Origin: a virus
Taxonomy: Duplodnaviria; Heunggongvirae; Uroviricota; Caudoviricetes
Length of the DNA: 64,000 nucleotides
Virus record (IMG/VR): IMGVR_UViG_3300029288_000055
Location: 298,764 to 362,763 of that record
Strand: one strand, 5' to 3'
Shown here: positions 9,513 to 18,379 of the stretch, one piece after another
Numbering within the stretch: the first letter of the stretch is position 1
How the letters are laid out: each line of letters opens with the position of its first letter
The notes under the pieces: generated by a model
What the model was told of the DNA's origin: nothing
The model's database searches: none
What the model saw: the letters and a program-made list of their open reading frames with translations, nothing else
Made by a program: the position numbers and the translations under genes

Positions 9513-9764
9513 ATGAGCAGACAAACAGTATATCACGATAACAGATTAACCGTAGTTACTGGCATTGATCATGCAATAGGTCAATTCTTTCAGATATATG
9601 ATAAGGAAATGGAAGGCGAAACTCTTGATGGTGAGGGATTAGTTTTAGACTGGTCGGAGTTATTCGGCTTTGAAACAAACCTTACTGGATATTGTCCCAA
9701 ATTAGGTGTACAGGCAATAATATATCAGTATATTGAAGAACATGATGAAGAAGATATTAACTAA
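9513..9764 (+). CDS. hypothetical acidic protein (83 aa)
   Basis: In-frame ATG of the track ORF 9423..9764 (MSRQTVYHDN...), directly after the upstream stop. Confidence 0.5.
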   Translation: MSRQTVYHDNRLTVVTGIDHAIGQFFQIYDKEMEGETLDGEGLVLDWSELFGFETNLTGYCPKLGVQAIIYQYIEEHDEEDIN

Positions 9765-9780
9765 TTTTAAATAAAAGCAT

Positions 9781-10227
9781 ATGATAAAGTACGTAATCGG
9801 TGATGCAACAAATCCAATTGGCGAAGGTGAAAAATATATTTTACATTGCTGTAATGATAAAAATAAATGGGGTGCAGGATTCGTTCTTGCTCTTTCTAAA
9901 CGTTGGAAAAAACCTGAAAAAATGTATCGTGCAGAAACTAAATATATTCTTGGTACAGTTCATATTGTGCGGGTTGAAAAAGACATTTGTGTTATTAATA
10001 TGATTGCACAGCATGATATTAAACCTGATGCTAATGGTGTGTCTCCAATTCGTTATGATGCTCTTAGAGAATGCTTAATATTCATAAATGAAATTGCTGT
10101 TGGAACAGGAGCAACTATACACGCACCGAGATTTGGGGCGGGTCTTGCAGGGGGAGATTGGAATAGAATCGAACAAATCATTAAAGAGACTATAACAGTT
10201 GATGTAACAATATATGATCTTAAATAA
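9781..10227 (+). CDS. macro domain protein of the TARG1/OARD1 (C6orf130-like) family
   Basis: GDATNP...LHCCNDKNKWGAGFVLAL, HAPRFGAGLAGGDW and the C-terminal VDVTIYDL align with TARG1 blocks (GDLF...AHCISEDCRMGAGIA / MPRIGCGLDRL...ITVYTL). Confidence 0.7.
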   Translation: MIKYVIGDATNPIGEGEKYILHCCNDKNKWGAGFVLALSKRWKKPEKMYRAETKYILGTVHIVRVEKDICVINMIAQHDIKPDANGVSPIRYDALRECLIFINEIAVGTGATIHAPRFGAGLAGGDWNRIEQIIKETITVDVTIYDLK

Positions 10228-10233
10228 AAATAT

Positions 10234-10587
10234 ATGATAACTAACAATCCTCATTACATAATGTACGGACATTTTAGGACTGCAAAAGCTAAAGACGGAA
10301 ATGAATATCCATACTTCAATAACATTTATAATCATCCATTTAGTACAGAAATGTGCGGAAATGAAAAAATATACCATCTAACTTTTGAACCTCACATAAA
10401 TCAAGAAAGAGATAAAGAAGAAGTTGAATATTGGGGTTGGTTAGATAATGATAGTGAATTATCAATGGTATATGCAAACTACCTTCTTTTTGATATGTGC
10501 TTTCCTAATGGTGCAGAAGCAACAGAAGCATTCGGACGAGGTAAAAGAATTAAATTGGAATTAACTAACTTTAAAGATAATTATTAA
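10234..10587 (+). CDS. hypothetical protein (117 aa)
   Basis: ORF track. Confidence 0.5.
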   Translation: MITNNPHYIMYGHFRTAKAKDGNEYPYFNNIYNHPFSTEMCGNEKIYHLTFEPHINQERDKEEVEYWGWLDNDSELSMVYANYLLFDMCFPNGAEATEAFGRGKRIKLELTNFKDNY

Positions 10588-10604
10588 CTAAAAATAATAA
10601 ATTT

Positions 10605-10961
10605 ATGAATATAATCAATGTAAATGGGAAAAATTTTGATGTTGTTGGACGAAATATAGTAGTTCGCAATGGTAAAGTAATTGTCGATGGTATTGAAGTT
10701 GTAGGTGATCTTAAAAATGAAATAAAAGTTACCTTTACAGGTGATTTGGCTAATTTAGATTGTACTGAAGCTGTTATAAATGGCAATGTACAAAAAATAG
10801 ATGCCACAACAATAACAATAAATGGCAATGTTACAGGTGATGTGGATGGCACAAACATAGTATGTGGTGATGTTGGCGGTAATGTTGAGGGCACAAATGT
10901 TAAATGCTGGGAGGTCAAAGGTGATATAGATGCAGTCACTTTTAAAAAAAGAAAAGAATAA
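10605..10961 (+). CDS. bactofilin-like beta-helical repeat protein (118 aa)
   Basis: Tandem repeats INGNV.K.D / V.GDV.G.N / VEGTNV typical of the bactofilin (DUF583/CcmA) fold. Confidence 0.5.
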   Translation: MNIINVNGKNFDVVGRNIVVRNGKVIVDGIEVVGDLKNEIKVTFTGDLANLDCTEAVINGNVQKIDATTITINGNVTGDVDGTNIVCGDVGGNVEGTNVKCWEVKGDIDAVTFKKRKE

Positions 10962-11002
10962 CAATAAAAATAATATGATGAAAAGTTAAATTATTACTAC
11001 TT

Positions 11003-11416
11003 ATGCCAAATGAGAGTTTTATTACGCACGACTTCAAATTACCAAATCACAGTAATGAACTGTGCAAAGCTGAAGAAGTCATAGAGAAATTAAAAAACAA
11101 ATTTAAATTAATGGGGGAAAATAAAACAATAAACGACAAAAATCACGATGAACTATACAACGAAATTATTAGAATATTAGATTATGTAGGTAGATTATCA
11201 ATGCCAGTATTTGCAATTGAAGAAGACATGGAAAAGATTTACACGTTACAATATTCTAAATATCCCGAACTCGCAAAAAAACTTATGAATGATCATTATG
11301 AAGAAATACATCATCCATATACGCTTTTGAAAAATCGATGCTTTCGAATGCTCGAAGAACTTGATACACTTTATCAAAAAACCTTTAAAAAGAATCCACC
11401 AAATTGGAATATATAA
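11003..11416 (+). CDS. hypothetical protein (137 aa)
   Basis: ORF track. Confidence 0.5.
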   Translation: MPNESFITHDFKLPNHSNELCKAEEVIEKLKNKFKLMGENKTINDKNHDELYNEIIRILDYVGRLSMPVFAIEEDMEKIYTLQYSKYPELAKKLMNDHYEEIHHPYTLLKNRCFRMLEELDTLYQKTFKKNPPNWNI

Positions 11417-11450
11417 AAACACAATGTACTAACAATTAAAAATTATAATT

Positions 11451-11792
11451 ATGATCGAAGCACTTTTAACTATTTTCTTTTCAGTACTTGCAATAGTAGG
11501 CATTATAGTCTTTTTTCTTGCATATGATGCACTCTCATGGGGTTTGGTATGTTATAAATTCTGGTATTGGTTTCTCCTGCCAGTTTTCCCAACATTGCCT
11601 CAGATCGTATTCTGGCAAGCTGTTGGCTTAATGTTCTTTATTGCTTTATTTAAAAACACAACACATCAAATAATCAAAAAAGAATATTGTGATAGCCCAG
11701 CACAATTAATTACTACGTTTATTATTCCTTGGGTTGCACTCGCAACTGGTTATTTCACTTATGCATTGGTAATACCTAAACTAATTCATTAA
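11451..11792 (+). CDS. membrane protein (113 aa, 3-4 TM)
   Basis: Hydrophobic helices. Followed by hairpins. Confidence 0.55.
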   Translation: MIEALLTIFFSVLAIVGIIVFFLAYDALSWGLVCYKFWYWFLLPVFPTLPQIVFWQAVGLMFFIALFKNTTHQIIKKEYCDSPAQLITTFIIPWVALATGYFTYALVIPKLIH

Positions 11793-11812
11793 TATCTGAT
11801 AGTATAATGTAC

Positions 11813-11900
11813 AAAAAGGGATATACATAATGTCCTTTTTTTATTGTATTTTGATATGATAATGTACAATTAGGAGGACAAAGTGTCCTAATTATTTTTA
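11813..11900 (+). terminator. pair of terminator-like hairpins
   Basis: AAAAAGGGA-loop-TCCTTTTTTT, then AGGACA-AAG-TGTCCT followed by an AATTATTTTT run. Confidence 0.4.
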
Positions 11901-11971
11901 TTAACTCTTGACATGAACCAAATTAACACTTATCTTTATCCAAAATAAATTTTATTTAAAATAATATTAAA

Positions 11972-12277
11972 ATGAGTAACAATAATGGTGATTGTAAAGC
12001 AGTTGAAAAAGATACAGCATTTAACGAACTCTTAAGAGAACTTGCAGGAGAAGTAGATCAGGCTTCATATAATGCAGATGCATATAGAAATAAGATAAAT
12101 AAACTTGATAGTCTTGATCTTCCTTGTGAACAAGCATTAAAATGTGGAGCAGAATCTGCTCCTAAAAAAATTGAACCTGATACAATTCTTTATAAATTAA
12201 GAATGATCATAAATCAATTAAATGCATCAAATAAAAAAAACAATGAAATTCTTCAACATTTGAGCACAATAGTTTAA
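11972..12277 (+). CDS. hypothetical protein, paralogue A (101 aa)
   Basis: Same architecture as the next gene. The C-termini NEILQHLSTIV and SEILMYFNGLV match. Confidence 0.55.
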   Translation: MSNNNGDCKAVEKDTAFNELLRELAGEVDQASYNADAYRNKINKLDSLDLPCEQALKCGAESAPKKIEPDTILYKLRMIINQLNASNKKNNEILQHLSTIV

Positions 12278-12304
12278 AAAATAACTTTATATAAACATAT
12301 TAAA

Positions 12305-12589
12305 ATGTCATTACAAGCAACACCAGAGGCAAAAGAACCAAAAGTATTTGAAGAAATACTTTTAAGTTTAAAAAATGAAGTAGTTAATGCCAGAGGAAAT
12401 TCAGATGATCTTAAAAACATGGTAAGTAAACTTTCACAATTTAATCCAAATTGTGATATGGAAAAGGGAACAGATGCACTACCAGCACCAGAAGGTGTGA
12501 TTACGAGTATTAAAAATATGCTTGAAGAATTAAAATTTATTAATAGAAGAAATTCAGAAATACTCATGTACTTTAACGGATTAGTTTAA
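12305..12589 (+). CDS. hypothetical protein, paralogue B (94 aa)
   Basis: Tandem paralogue of 11972..12277. Confidence 0.55.
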   Translation: MSLQATPEAKEPKVFEEILLSLKNEVVNARGNSDDLKNMVSKLSQFNPNCDMEKGTDALPAPEGVITSIKNMLEELKFINRRNSEILMYFNGLV

Positions 12590-12615
12590 TTACAACTAAT
12601 TCGTAGATTTAAATC

Positions 12616-12643
12616 AATCCTGCAGCAATGCGGGATTTTTTAT
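12616..12643. terminator. bidirectional terminator at the convergence of the + and - blocks
   Basis: AATCCTGC-AGCAAT-GCGGGATT stem-loop followed by TTTTTT. It lies between the last + gene and the first - gene. Confidence 0.6.
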
Positions 12644-12645
12644 GT

Positions 12646-13254
12646 TTATGCAGGAACTGATTTTAATTCACCAGTAATTTTACCCCAACTTGTACCGATT
12701 AAGTTTTTATCATCTGAAGATAATTCTTTAAATTCAGGATTAAATTTTATTTCTTGCAATTTTTCTTGTATTGGAATCAAAAGTTTAATTTGTTGAATCC
12801 ACAAAGGATTAAGAATAAAATCTCTTCTTTTTTCTTGCCTTCTTCTATATATGATGAAGTCTTTAAGGTTAGCAACCCCCAATTCCCATTCACCACAAAC
12901 CATAAGGGACATACAGAGTTCACCCCTGCCATCCAGTGTCCAAACACAACTGGCAACTGCTCCCCAATGATTAGATAATCTATAAAGATTGTTCTCTTTG
13001 TCGATCAGGTATTGGCTACCAGTCTTACTCTTGAAGTTATAAATGATATTAGGCTGTTCAGCAATAAGATTAAATTGCCAGTGAGCGTTTTTACCTTCAT
13101 CGATTTTAACTTCTTTGAAGTCAGCTTTGGTTGATATTTGAAAATTCGTGGTATCGATATGTGTATAACAGTCACGATAGTGAATAAATTTGATTCGTTG
13201 TAAATTTCTTGCAAACGAATCTGCCTGTTGTATTTCTATTCTTGGTATATTCAT
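12646..13254 (-). CDS. hypothetical protein (202 aa)
   Basis: ORF track. The ATG lies only 5 nt after the CGTATAAG box, so a leaderless mRNA is possible. Confidence 0.55.
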   Translation of the reverse strand: MNIPRIEIQQADSFARNLQRIKFIHYRDCYTHIDTTNFQISTKADFKEVKIDEGKNAHWQFNLIAEQPNIIYNFKSKTGSQYLIDKENNLYRLSNHWGAVASCVWTLDGRGELCMSLMVCGEWELGVANLKDFIIYRRRQEKRRDFILNPLWIQQIKLLIPIQEKLQEIKFNPEFKELSSDDKNLIGTSWGKITGELKSVPA

Positions 13255-13259
13255 ACAGG

Positions 13260-13291
13260 CTTATACGTATGAAATACCTAAAAGGTTACAG
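13260..13291 (-). promoter_or_regulatory. promoter-like motif CTGTAAC-N17-CGTATAAG (minus-sense)
   Basis: The + strand reads CTTATACG-N17-GTTACAG. Confidence 0.5.
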
Positions 13292-13570
13292 TTTCTTTTT
13301 ACAAGGACAACTTTCAAGATGAACCAGACCACCTTTTACATTATTACAAAGATACTGGTGTCCATCCACTTCAATAATCTGATAAGAAGTCCAAGCACCA
13401 CCATCAATTATAGTAATTCTACTTTTTGGCTTTTCTTCTTCAGTCTTTGTTGTGCCAAAAAAATCATCTTTTTTAGGTTCTTTCTTTGAACAAGCAAATA
13501 GCGTTAATGCAAATATTACTGCAACTATAAAAGGAGTAACATTAAATAAAAATTTATCTATTTTTTTCAT
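13286..13570 (-). CDS. putative lipoprotein (94 aa)
   Basis: Signal peptide plus lipobox ...LTLFAC|SKKEP. Confidence 0.5.
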   Translation of the reverse strand: MKKIDKFLFNVTPFIVAVIFALTLFACSKKEPKKDDFFGTTKTEEEKPKSRITIIDGGAWTSYQIIEVDGHQYLCNNVKGGLVHLESCPCKKKL

Positions 13571-13815
13571 GAGTTTATCATTTTATCTGTTATTTCTGTT
13601 GCTGCTTCAACAATTACTTCTTTAATATGTGCGGGGGCAGAAACAATAAGCAGTACCTCATTGCCATTTGGTTCTTTCTCAGGAAACATATTTGGTATAT
13701 CAGCAATTTTATTTCTGTGTCCTCTTGTAATACTTACAAATGATTCGAATAATGGGAAGAATTCAAGGTCTTCGCCATCTTCCATTGTTAGTGTGATCTT
13801 CTTTAATTTTCCCAT
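13567..13815 (-). CDS. hypothetical protein (82 aa)
   Basis: ORF track. ATGA overlap. Confidence 0.5.
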   Translation of the reverse strand: MGKLKKITLTMEDGEDLEFFPLFESFVSITRGHRNKIADIPNMFPEKEPNGNEVLLIVSAPAHIKEVIVEAATEITDKMINS

Positions 13816-13819
13816 AATA

Positions 13820-14002
13820 TTATTTATTTTTATTTAAAAGTTGTTCTAATTCATCAATGCTTTCTTGTATGCTTTCTGTTTTTCTAAGTAGTGCCTGACG
13901 TGTTTCAGTCTGATGATCATAAGATAAACCTTCTGCTAAGTAAAGAAAATTTTCTTTTTCTTTTTTTAAGGTATCAATTTTTACCTGTATATCTTTTTCC
14001 AT
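13820..14002 (-). CDS. hypothetical coiled-coil protein (60 aa)
   Basis: ORF track. Confidence 0.4.
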   Translation of the reverse strand: MEKDIQVKIDTLKKEKENFLYLAEGLSYDHQTETRQALLRKTESIQESIDELEQLLNKNK

Positions 14003-14012
14003 TTATTTAAAT

Positions 14013-14711
14013 TTATAATAATCCTTTTAAACAACTGTCTGTATCTTTTTTACCAATTTCTTTGTAACCAATTTCTTTTGTTTTGAATCTCAATCCTTCA
14101 ATATTTTTTAGCTTATCTTTTGCCCAGCATGCTGCACTTAATAAGCAAATATAATATTGAAAGCAAATGTCATGCTTGCAAAAGTCATATATGAATTCAT
14201 CAACAACATTGAATTTACCTGCCCACATAAGATCATCCATATATGAAAAGATTTCTACCATTACTTTTTCTTCTTTATCTTCTCCCTGATTGGCAATAAT
14301 ATATTCAATACTGATCTTGCTCTTTTTTGATTCATCTTTACATATAATTGGTTTACCATCCCAACCATATTTAAGAAATTCTTCTTTTTTGAATATAAGA
14401 TCATCGTCAATAGTTATAATTATTTCTTCAGGTATTAATTTGACAGGTATTTCATTCTTTTTAAATATCGTATCCAGATCACAAACCTGTTTAACGAATG
14501 GAGTTATTCTGCCTACACCGATCTGATCAGAAATCATATTTAATGGTTCTTTGCTGATGTTTTGAATAAAGTCATACTTTTCTTGTAAGGTATGTGGCTC
14601 TGATATGAATATTTTTATATTAGTCACAATATCTTCATCAATTTGTGTTCTTGGTGCTTGTATTAATAAATCAAACAAACCATTAAAAAATTTTTCGTCT
14701 GGTATATTCAT
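14013..14711 (-). CDS. hypothetical protein (232 aa)
   Basis: ORF track. Confidence 0.6.
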   Translation of the reverse strand: MNIPDEKFFNGLFDLLIQAPRTQIDEDIVTNIKIFISEPHTLQEKYDFIQNISKEPLNMISDQIGVGRITPFVKQVCDLDTIFKKNEIPVKLIPEEIIITIDDDLIFKKEEFLKYGWDGKPIICKDESKKSKISIEYIIANQGEDKEEKVMVEIFSYMDDLMWAGKFNVVDEFIYDFCKHDICFQYYICLLSAACWAKDKLKNIEGLRFKTKEIGYKEIGKKDTDSCLKGLL

Positions 14712-15092
14712 TTATCTTAATCCTTCTTTTGTTATAACATCTTTAATTAATTTAAAAACTTCATTCATTTCAGACAGTTCAATACGGTCTAAAATATTCT
14801 CAACCTCAGATATTAATAAATCATTATCACGATATTCAACATCATAATTCCAATTATGAACATACACAATTGCTGTACGTAAAAGTATTGTGGTATTAAC
14901 CTTTAAATTACTTCTATGACATCCTGTCTCAACAAGTTTCTTGATAATTTCTTCGGAAATTTCTTGTTCTTTTTCTTTCAATAATTCTTTAATTTCACTA
15001 CGATTTTTTTGTACTTGTTGTTCATTTTTAAGTGCTTCATCATTAGCAATAATTAAATCAAGTGCTGTGGGGTTTTCAGATAGTTCTTTCAT
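14712..15092 (-). CDS. hypothetical protein (126 aa)
   Basis: ORF track. Confidence 0.55.
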   Translation of the reverse strand: MKELSENPTALDLIIANDEALKNEQQVQKNRSEIKELLKEKEQEISEEIIKKLVETGCHRSNLKVNTTILLRTAIVYVHNWNYDVEYRDNDLLISEVENILDRIELSEMNEVFKLIKDVITKEGLR

Positions 15093-15094
15093 AA

Positions 15095-15598
15095 TTATTC
15101 TTTTACATGTTCAAACATTACACTATTAAATCTCTGATCAGGTACTTCTTCCAAATAAACATCAGTATGCCAATCTCCAACTTCTGTTCTTTTAATATGA
15201 TAAACTGCACCAAATTTAAGAAATTTATGTGCATGTTCTTTATCACTATCATATCCACCAAATATTTCACCATCTTTCATTTGAAGTCTGACAGCAGTAC
15301 CACGCTTAGAATAAATATCCATAGTGTTTGATATTTTTTCTGCGACTTCATCACTCATTGTTATTGAAGGTGCAGTAGATTTACAATTGCCCAATAGACA
15401 ATGTTTGGGAAAGTCATTTTCCTTATTACACGGAAGAAAATCTTTGTTAATTGATTTTAAGAATTTTTTTGTGCAATTTGGATGACCACATCCATATCCT
15501 TCTACGTGATTTATATCACTTGCAATATTTTTGGCTATAAATGCTGCTACTCTGTATATACACTGAGAAGATTTGGTTATTTCAATTAATTTTTTCAT
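15095..15598 (-). CDS. hypothetical protein (167 aa)
   Basis: ORF track. Confidence 0.55.
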   Translation of the reverse strand: MKKLIEITKSSQCIYRVAAFIAKNIASDINHVEGYGCGHPNCTKKFLKSINKDFLPCNKENDFPKHCLLGNCKSTAPSITMSDEVAEKISNTMDIYSKRGTAVRLQMKDGEIFGGYDSDKEHAHKFLKFGAVYHIKRTEVGDWHTDVYLEEVPDQRFNSVMFEHVKE

Positions 15599-15609
15599 AT
15601 GTTTTTATT

Positions 15610-15828
15610 CTATATAATAGGATTTAATATTGTTTCATATTTTATTTTAACTTTTTTATAGACTCTGTGGTGACAACACTCTAATTTATTGTTTTCTTTA
15701 TCTGAAACCATACAACCTGTAGTGGGACTTAATTGATGAAGATAACATTCACTACAACCAATATATTTTTCATCTTCTACGAGTGCCAATTTTCGTTTTT
15801 TAATTGTTTGAAATTTTATTGTTTTCAT
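15610..15828 (-). CDS. small Cys-rich protein (72 aa)
   Basis: CSECY...C...CCHH. Confidence 0.4.
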   Translation of the reverse strand: MKTIKFQTIKKRKLALVEDEKYIGCSECYLHQLSPTTGCMVSDKENNKLECCHHRVYKKVKIKYETILNPII

Positions 15829-15850
15829 TTATTTATAACTAATATTTTCA

Positions 15851-16360
15851 TTATTCAATTATTTTTATTGAAATTAATTTTGCGTTTAAATTCATGTTGT
15901 TTCGAACTGCCTGATCAACAATATTTGCTATTTTTAATACATCTTGTTCACTATCAAAGGTTAATTCTACTTCAAGTCTGACCATATTTGAATTTGTTTT
16001 ACGGCTGGGCATATTAACAACAATTCTATTTGGGTCAGTAAGCGGTACGCCTCTACGAACTTTATTTATTTCATCAGGTCTGTCATTTGTAACAACAAAG
16101 GTTCTTGCTGTATTAATGACGTTATCTAATTCAATGTTGATATCAAAAAATTTTTTGAAGAGTTTAGAGTTCTGTATTTGGATATCATTGTCAATAACTT
16201 TCATTTTATCCACCAGATCGTAATATGCAATGCTGTTCTTTGCTCCATTATCTACAAGACTATCCAAACAATGCTTGGCTATGTCATATTTCTCTTGTGG
16301 TACTTTGTCACAACTCGTAAGCAGTATTGTAACTGCAAACAATAGCATAATTTTTCTCAT
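15851..16360 (-). CDS. putative lipoprotein (169 aa)
   Basis: MRKIMLLFAVTILLTSC|DK lipobox. Confidence 0.55.
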   Translation of the reverse strand: MRKIMLLFAVTILLTSCDKVPQEKYDIAKHCLDSLVDNGAKNSIAYYDLVDKMKVIDNDIQIQNSKLFKKFFDINIELDNVINTARTFVVTNDRPDEINKVRRGVPLTDPNRIVVNMPSRKTNSNMVRLEVELTFDSEQDVLKIANIVDQAVRNNMNLNAKLISIKIIE

Positions 16361-16363
16361 ATC

Positions 16364-16729
16364 TTAGTCTTTAAAATAAAAATCACTTTCACTTGGAAAT
16401 ATCTTTTCATTAAGTATATTGGCATCCATGCCAGATACTGTTATTTCTTTATTAGATACTGGTGTTTCTTTTTTCTTTTTAATTAATGTTTCAAGCGGTT
16501 TTCTCTTTTTTAACATGTGAGTTTTTTTCAGACGATCTTGATAAAATTTGATATTACTTTCAATATCACAAAGTTTTTTCAATAGTTTAGCTTTCTCAGC
16601 AGTTAGAATTTTAATTTCAAATTTAATGCTGTCACGTACACACCAAGGGTCGCCATCACATTTATCACATATAAAATTTATGTGTACTCGATTTCCACAC
16701 TTACATTCTCTATATGCCCATTCGCTCAT
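16364..16729 (-). CDS. hypothetical Zn-ribbon-like protein (121 aa)
   Basis: CKCGNRVHINFICDKCDG. Confidence 0.5.
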   Translation of the reverse strand: MSEWAYRECKCGNRVHINFICDKCDGDPWCVRDSIKFEIKILTAEKAKLLKKLCDIESNIKFYQDRLKKTHMLKKRKPLETLIKKKKETPVSNKEITVSGMDANILNEKIFPSESDFYFKD

Positions 16730-16731
16730 AA

Positions 16732-17256
16732 TTATTTTTTTATATAGTCTTTACTAAAAACCTGTACATACTCCAATATGTCCTGATAATCATGACCAAG
16801 TTTTGCATTATCGGTTTCAATAAGTTCATCAAACCTCCAACTGCAACAATTTTCTTTTCTTGAAAGGCAAACATATTTGACATCATTACATTCATAAATT
16901 CTTAATGTATCTTTATGTGTTGCTACATGTCCTTGTGCTTTCTTCCACTCTTGAAAATCATTAATAGATTGCGCAATAACACCAATTGTTTTAAATTCTG
17001 GTAATTTAGTTACTTCAGTTTTTTTCTTTCTTTCGTCAGCAAGCATAATAATTACTTCATTCACATCGTTAAGACAATTGATGTTCCATACAGTTTCATT
17101 AACTGGAAAGAAACAATATTGCCTCCATCTGGAGAACCATTTAATCATACCAATTACTTCTTCGTGATGTTTGTTCTTTACAGCAATCACTCTTGTTTTT
17201 TCTTTCTTTTCGAATTCAACGAATTGAAGATACTGAGTTTCTTTTAATATATTCAT
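16732..17256 (-). CDS. hypothetical protein (174 aa)
   Basis: ORF track. Confidence 0.55.
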   Translation of the reverse strand: MNILKETQYLQFVEFEKKEKTRVIAVKNKHHEEVIGMIKWFSRWRQYCFFPVNETVWNINCLNDVNEVIIMLADERKKKTEVTKLPEFKTIGVIAQSINDFQEWKKAQGHVATHKDTLRIYECNDVKYVCLSRKENCCSWRFDELIETDNAKLGHDYQDILEYVQVFSKDYIKK

Positions 17257-17591
17257 AGTTTTTTGTATAATTCGTATGCAGATTCTGTTTTAATGTTGTT
17301 ATATCTTTCATAAATATCCAATATTTTTTTACCTCTGAAGATATCAATAAGATGTTTAAAGAACGATCTTTTAGGTTGAAAATATTGACAGATTTGATTT
17401 ACGTTTCGAACTTCACATTTTTCAACATGATATTGCTTATTACCCTTTGAATCGGTTTTCTTCAGATCATCCAAAATTGGATGAATACAAACATCAATCA
17501 TAATATGATGCTTTTCTTCTCCAGTTCTCCAACAATAAGAATAACCTTCTCTCAGATGATGCCATTCACATTTATTACAATTTGATTTCAT
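17253..17591 (-). CDS. hypothetical protein (112 aa)
   Basis: ORF track. Confidence 0.5.
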   Translation of the reverse strand: MKSNCNKCEWHHLREGYSYCWRTGEEKHHIMIDVCIHPILDDLKKTDSKGNKQYHVEKCEVRNVNQICQYFQPKRSFFKHLIDIFRGKKILDIYERYNNIKTESAYELYKKL

Positions 17592-18052
17592 TATCGTATT
17601 TCTTTACCTTTTACTGTCATATCCCAATTACCAAAACTACCTTCTAAAATAAACGAACCCATTCTGAAATTATCAACAATTGAAGTACCTACTTTTACTT
17701 GATTGTAAAAATCTTTATCAACAGGTATTTCAAAATCAATTGCATTCGCAGCATCTTTAATATGTTTACCAATATCCAATGTAAAATGTGATTGTTTTAG
17801 ATGAATTTTAAGTATATATTGTGGTGTCTTGCCAGAAGCATAGATGTTTAATATTTTCAGTATGCCATTCAATGAATCAATTTCATGAACATTTTGTGCT
17901 CTGGCATCTGCAAAATCCCTTATTTCATTCTGGTATTCGCTTTTAGTTTGTTTTAATTGATCGATGTCTTCTTTAACATCACAGGGAATTTCTTTACAGG
18001 CGAAGAACATCACCGATATAAAGATTGTAATTAAAAATGATTTTGTTTTCAT
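17591..18052 (-). CDS. putative lipoprotein (153 aa)
   Basis: MKTKSFLITIFISVMFFAC|KE lipobox. Confidence 0.55.
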   Translation of the reverse strand: MKTKSFLITIFISVMFFACKEIPCDVKEDIDQLKQTKSEYQNEIRDFADARAQNVHEIDSLNGILKILNIYASGKTPQYILKIHLKQSHFTLDIGKHIKDAANAIDFEIPVDKDFYNQVKVGTSIVDNFRMGSFILEGSFGNWDMTVKGKEIR

Positions 18053-18053
18053 A

Positions 18054-18194
18054 TTATTTCTTTTTATTATATCCAGTTGCTAACTCAAATATCAACGGTG
18101 TATATTTGCCCAAAGATATATTAAAATATTCACAAAAATTCCATATACAACATGCAATTAATGTGATTGGCGTATCAAAATTCCAAAATATCAT
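18054..18194 (-). CDS. small hypothetical protein (46 aa)
   Basis: Not in the track. ATGA overlap with the upstream stop at 18191-18193. MIFWNFDTPITLIACCIWNF... Confidence 0.3.
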   Translation of the reverse strand: MIFWNFDTPITLIACCIWNFCEYFNISLGKYTPLIFELATGYNKKK

Positions 18195-18379
18195 ATAAGT
18201 TTATTTTCTTTTAACATTTCTTTAAATTCTTTTGTCATTAATTCTTGTCGAACTTCTAACCAAGAGTAATGCATTGAATGGTTATCAATAGTAGTACCAA
18301 ATACTTGACAATAAATTTTGTTACCGCTTGCTTTAAAAACAATACCTTTGTGTTCAAATATTTGTTCAAGAATATTCAT
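18191..18379 (-). CDS. hypothetical protein (62 aa)
   Basis: ORF track. Confidence 0.45.
   Translation of the reverse strand: MNILEQIFEHKGIVFKASGNKIYCQVFGTTIDNHSMHYSWLEVRQELMTKEFKEMLKENKLI

Noticed and set aside
11895-11935. Sigma70-like promoter TTGACA-N17-TATCTT upstream of 11972
   Set aside because: It is a single weak instance, and SD-less leaders argue against an E. coli-like host. It is not reported as a feature.
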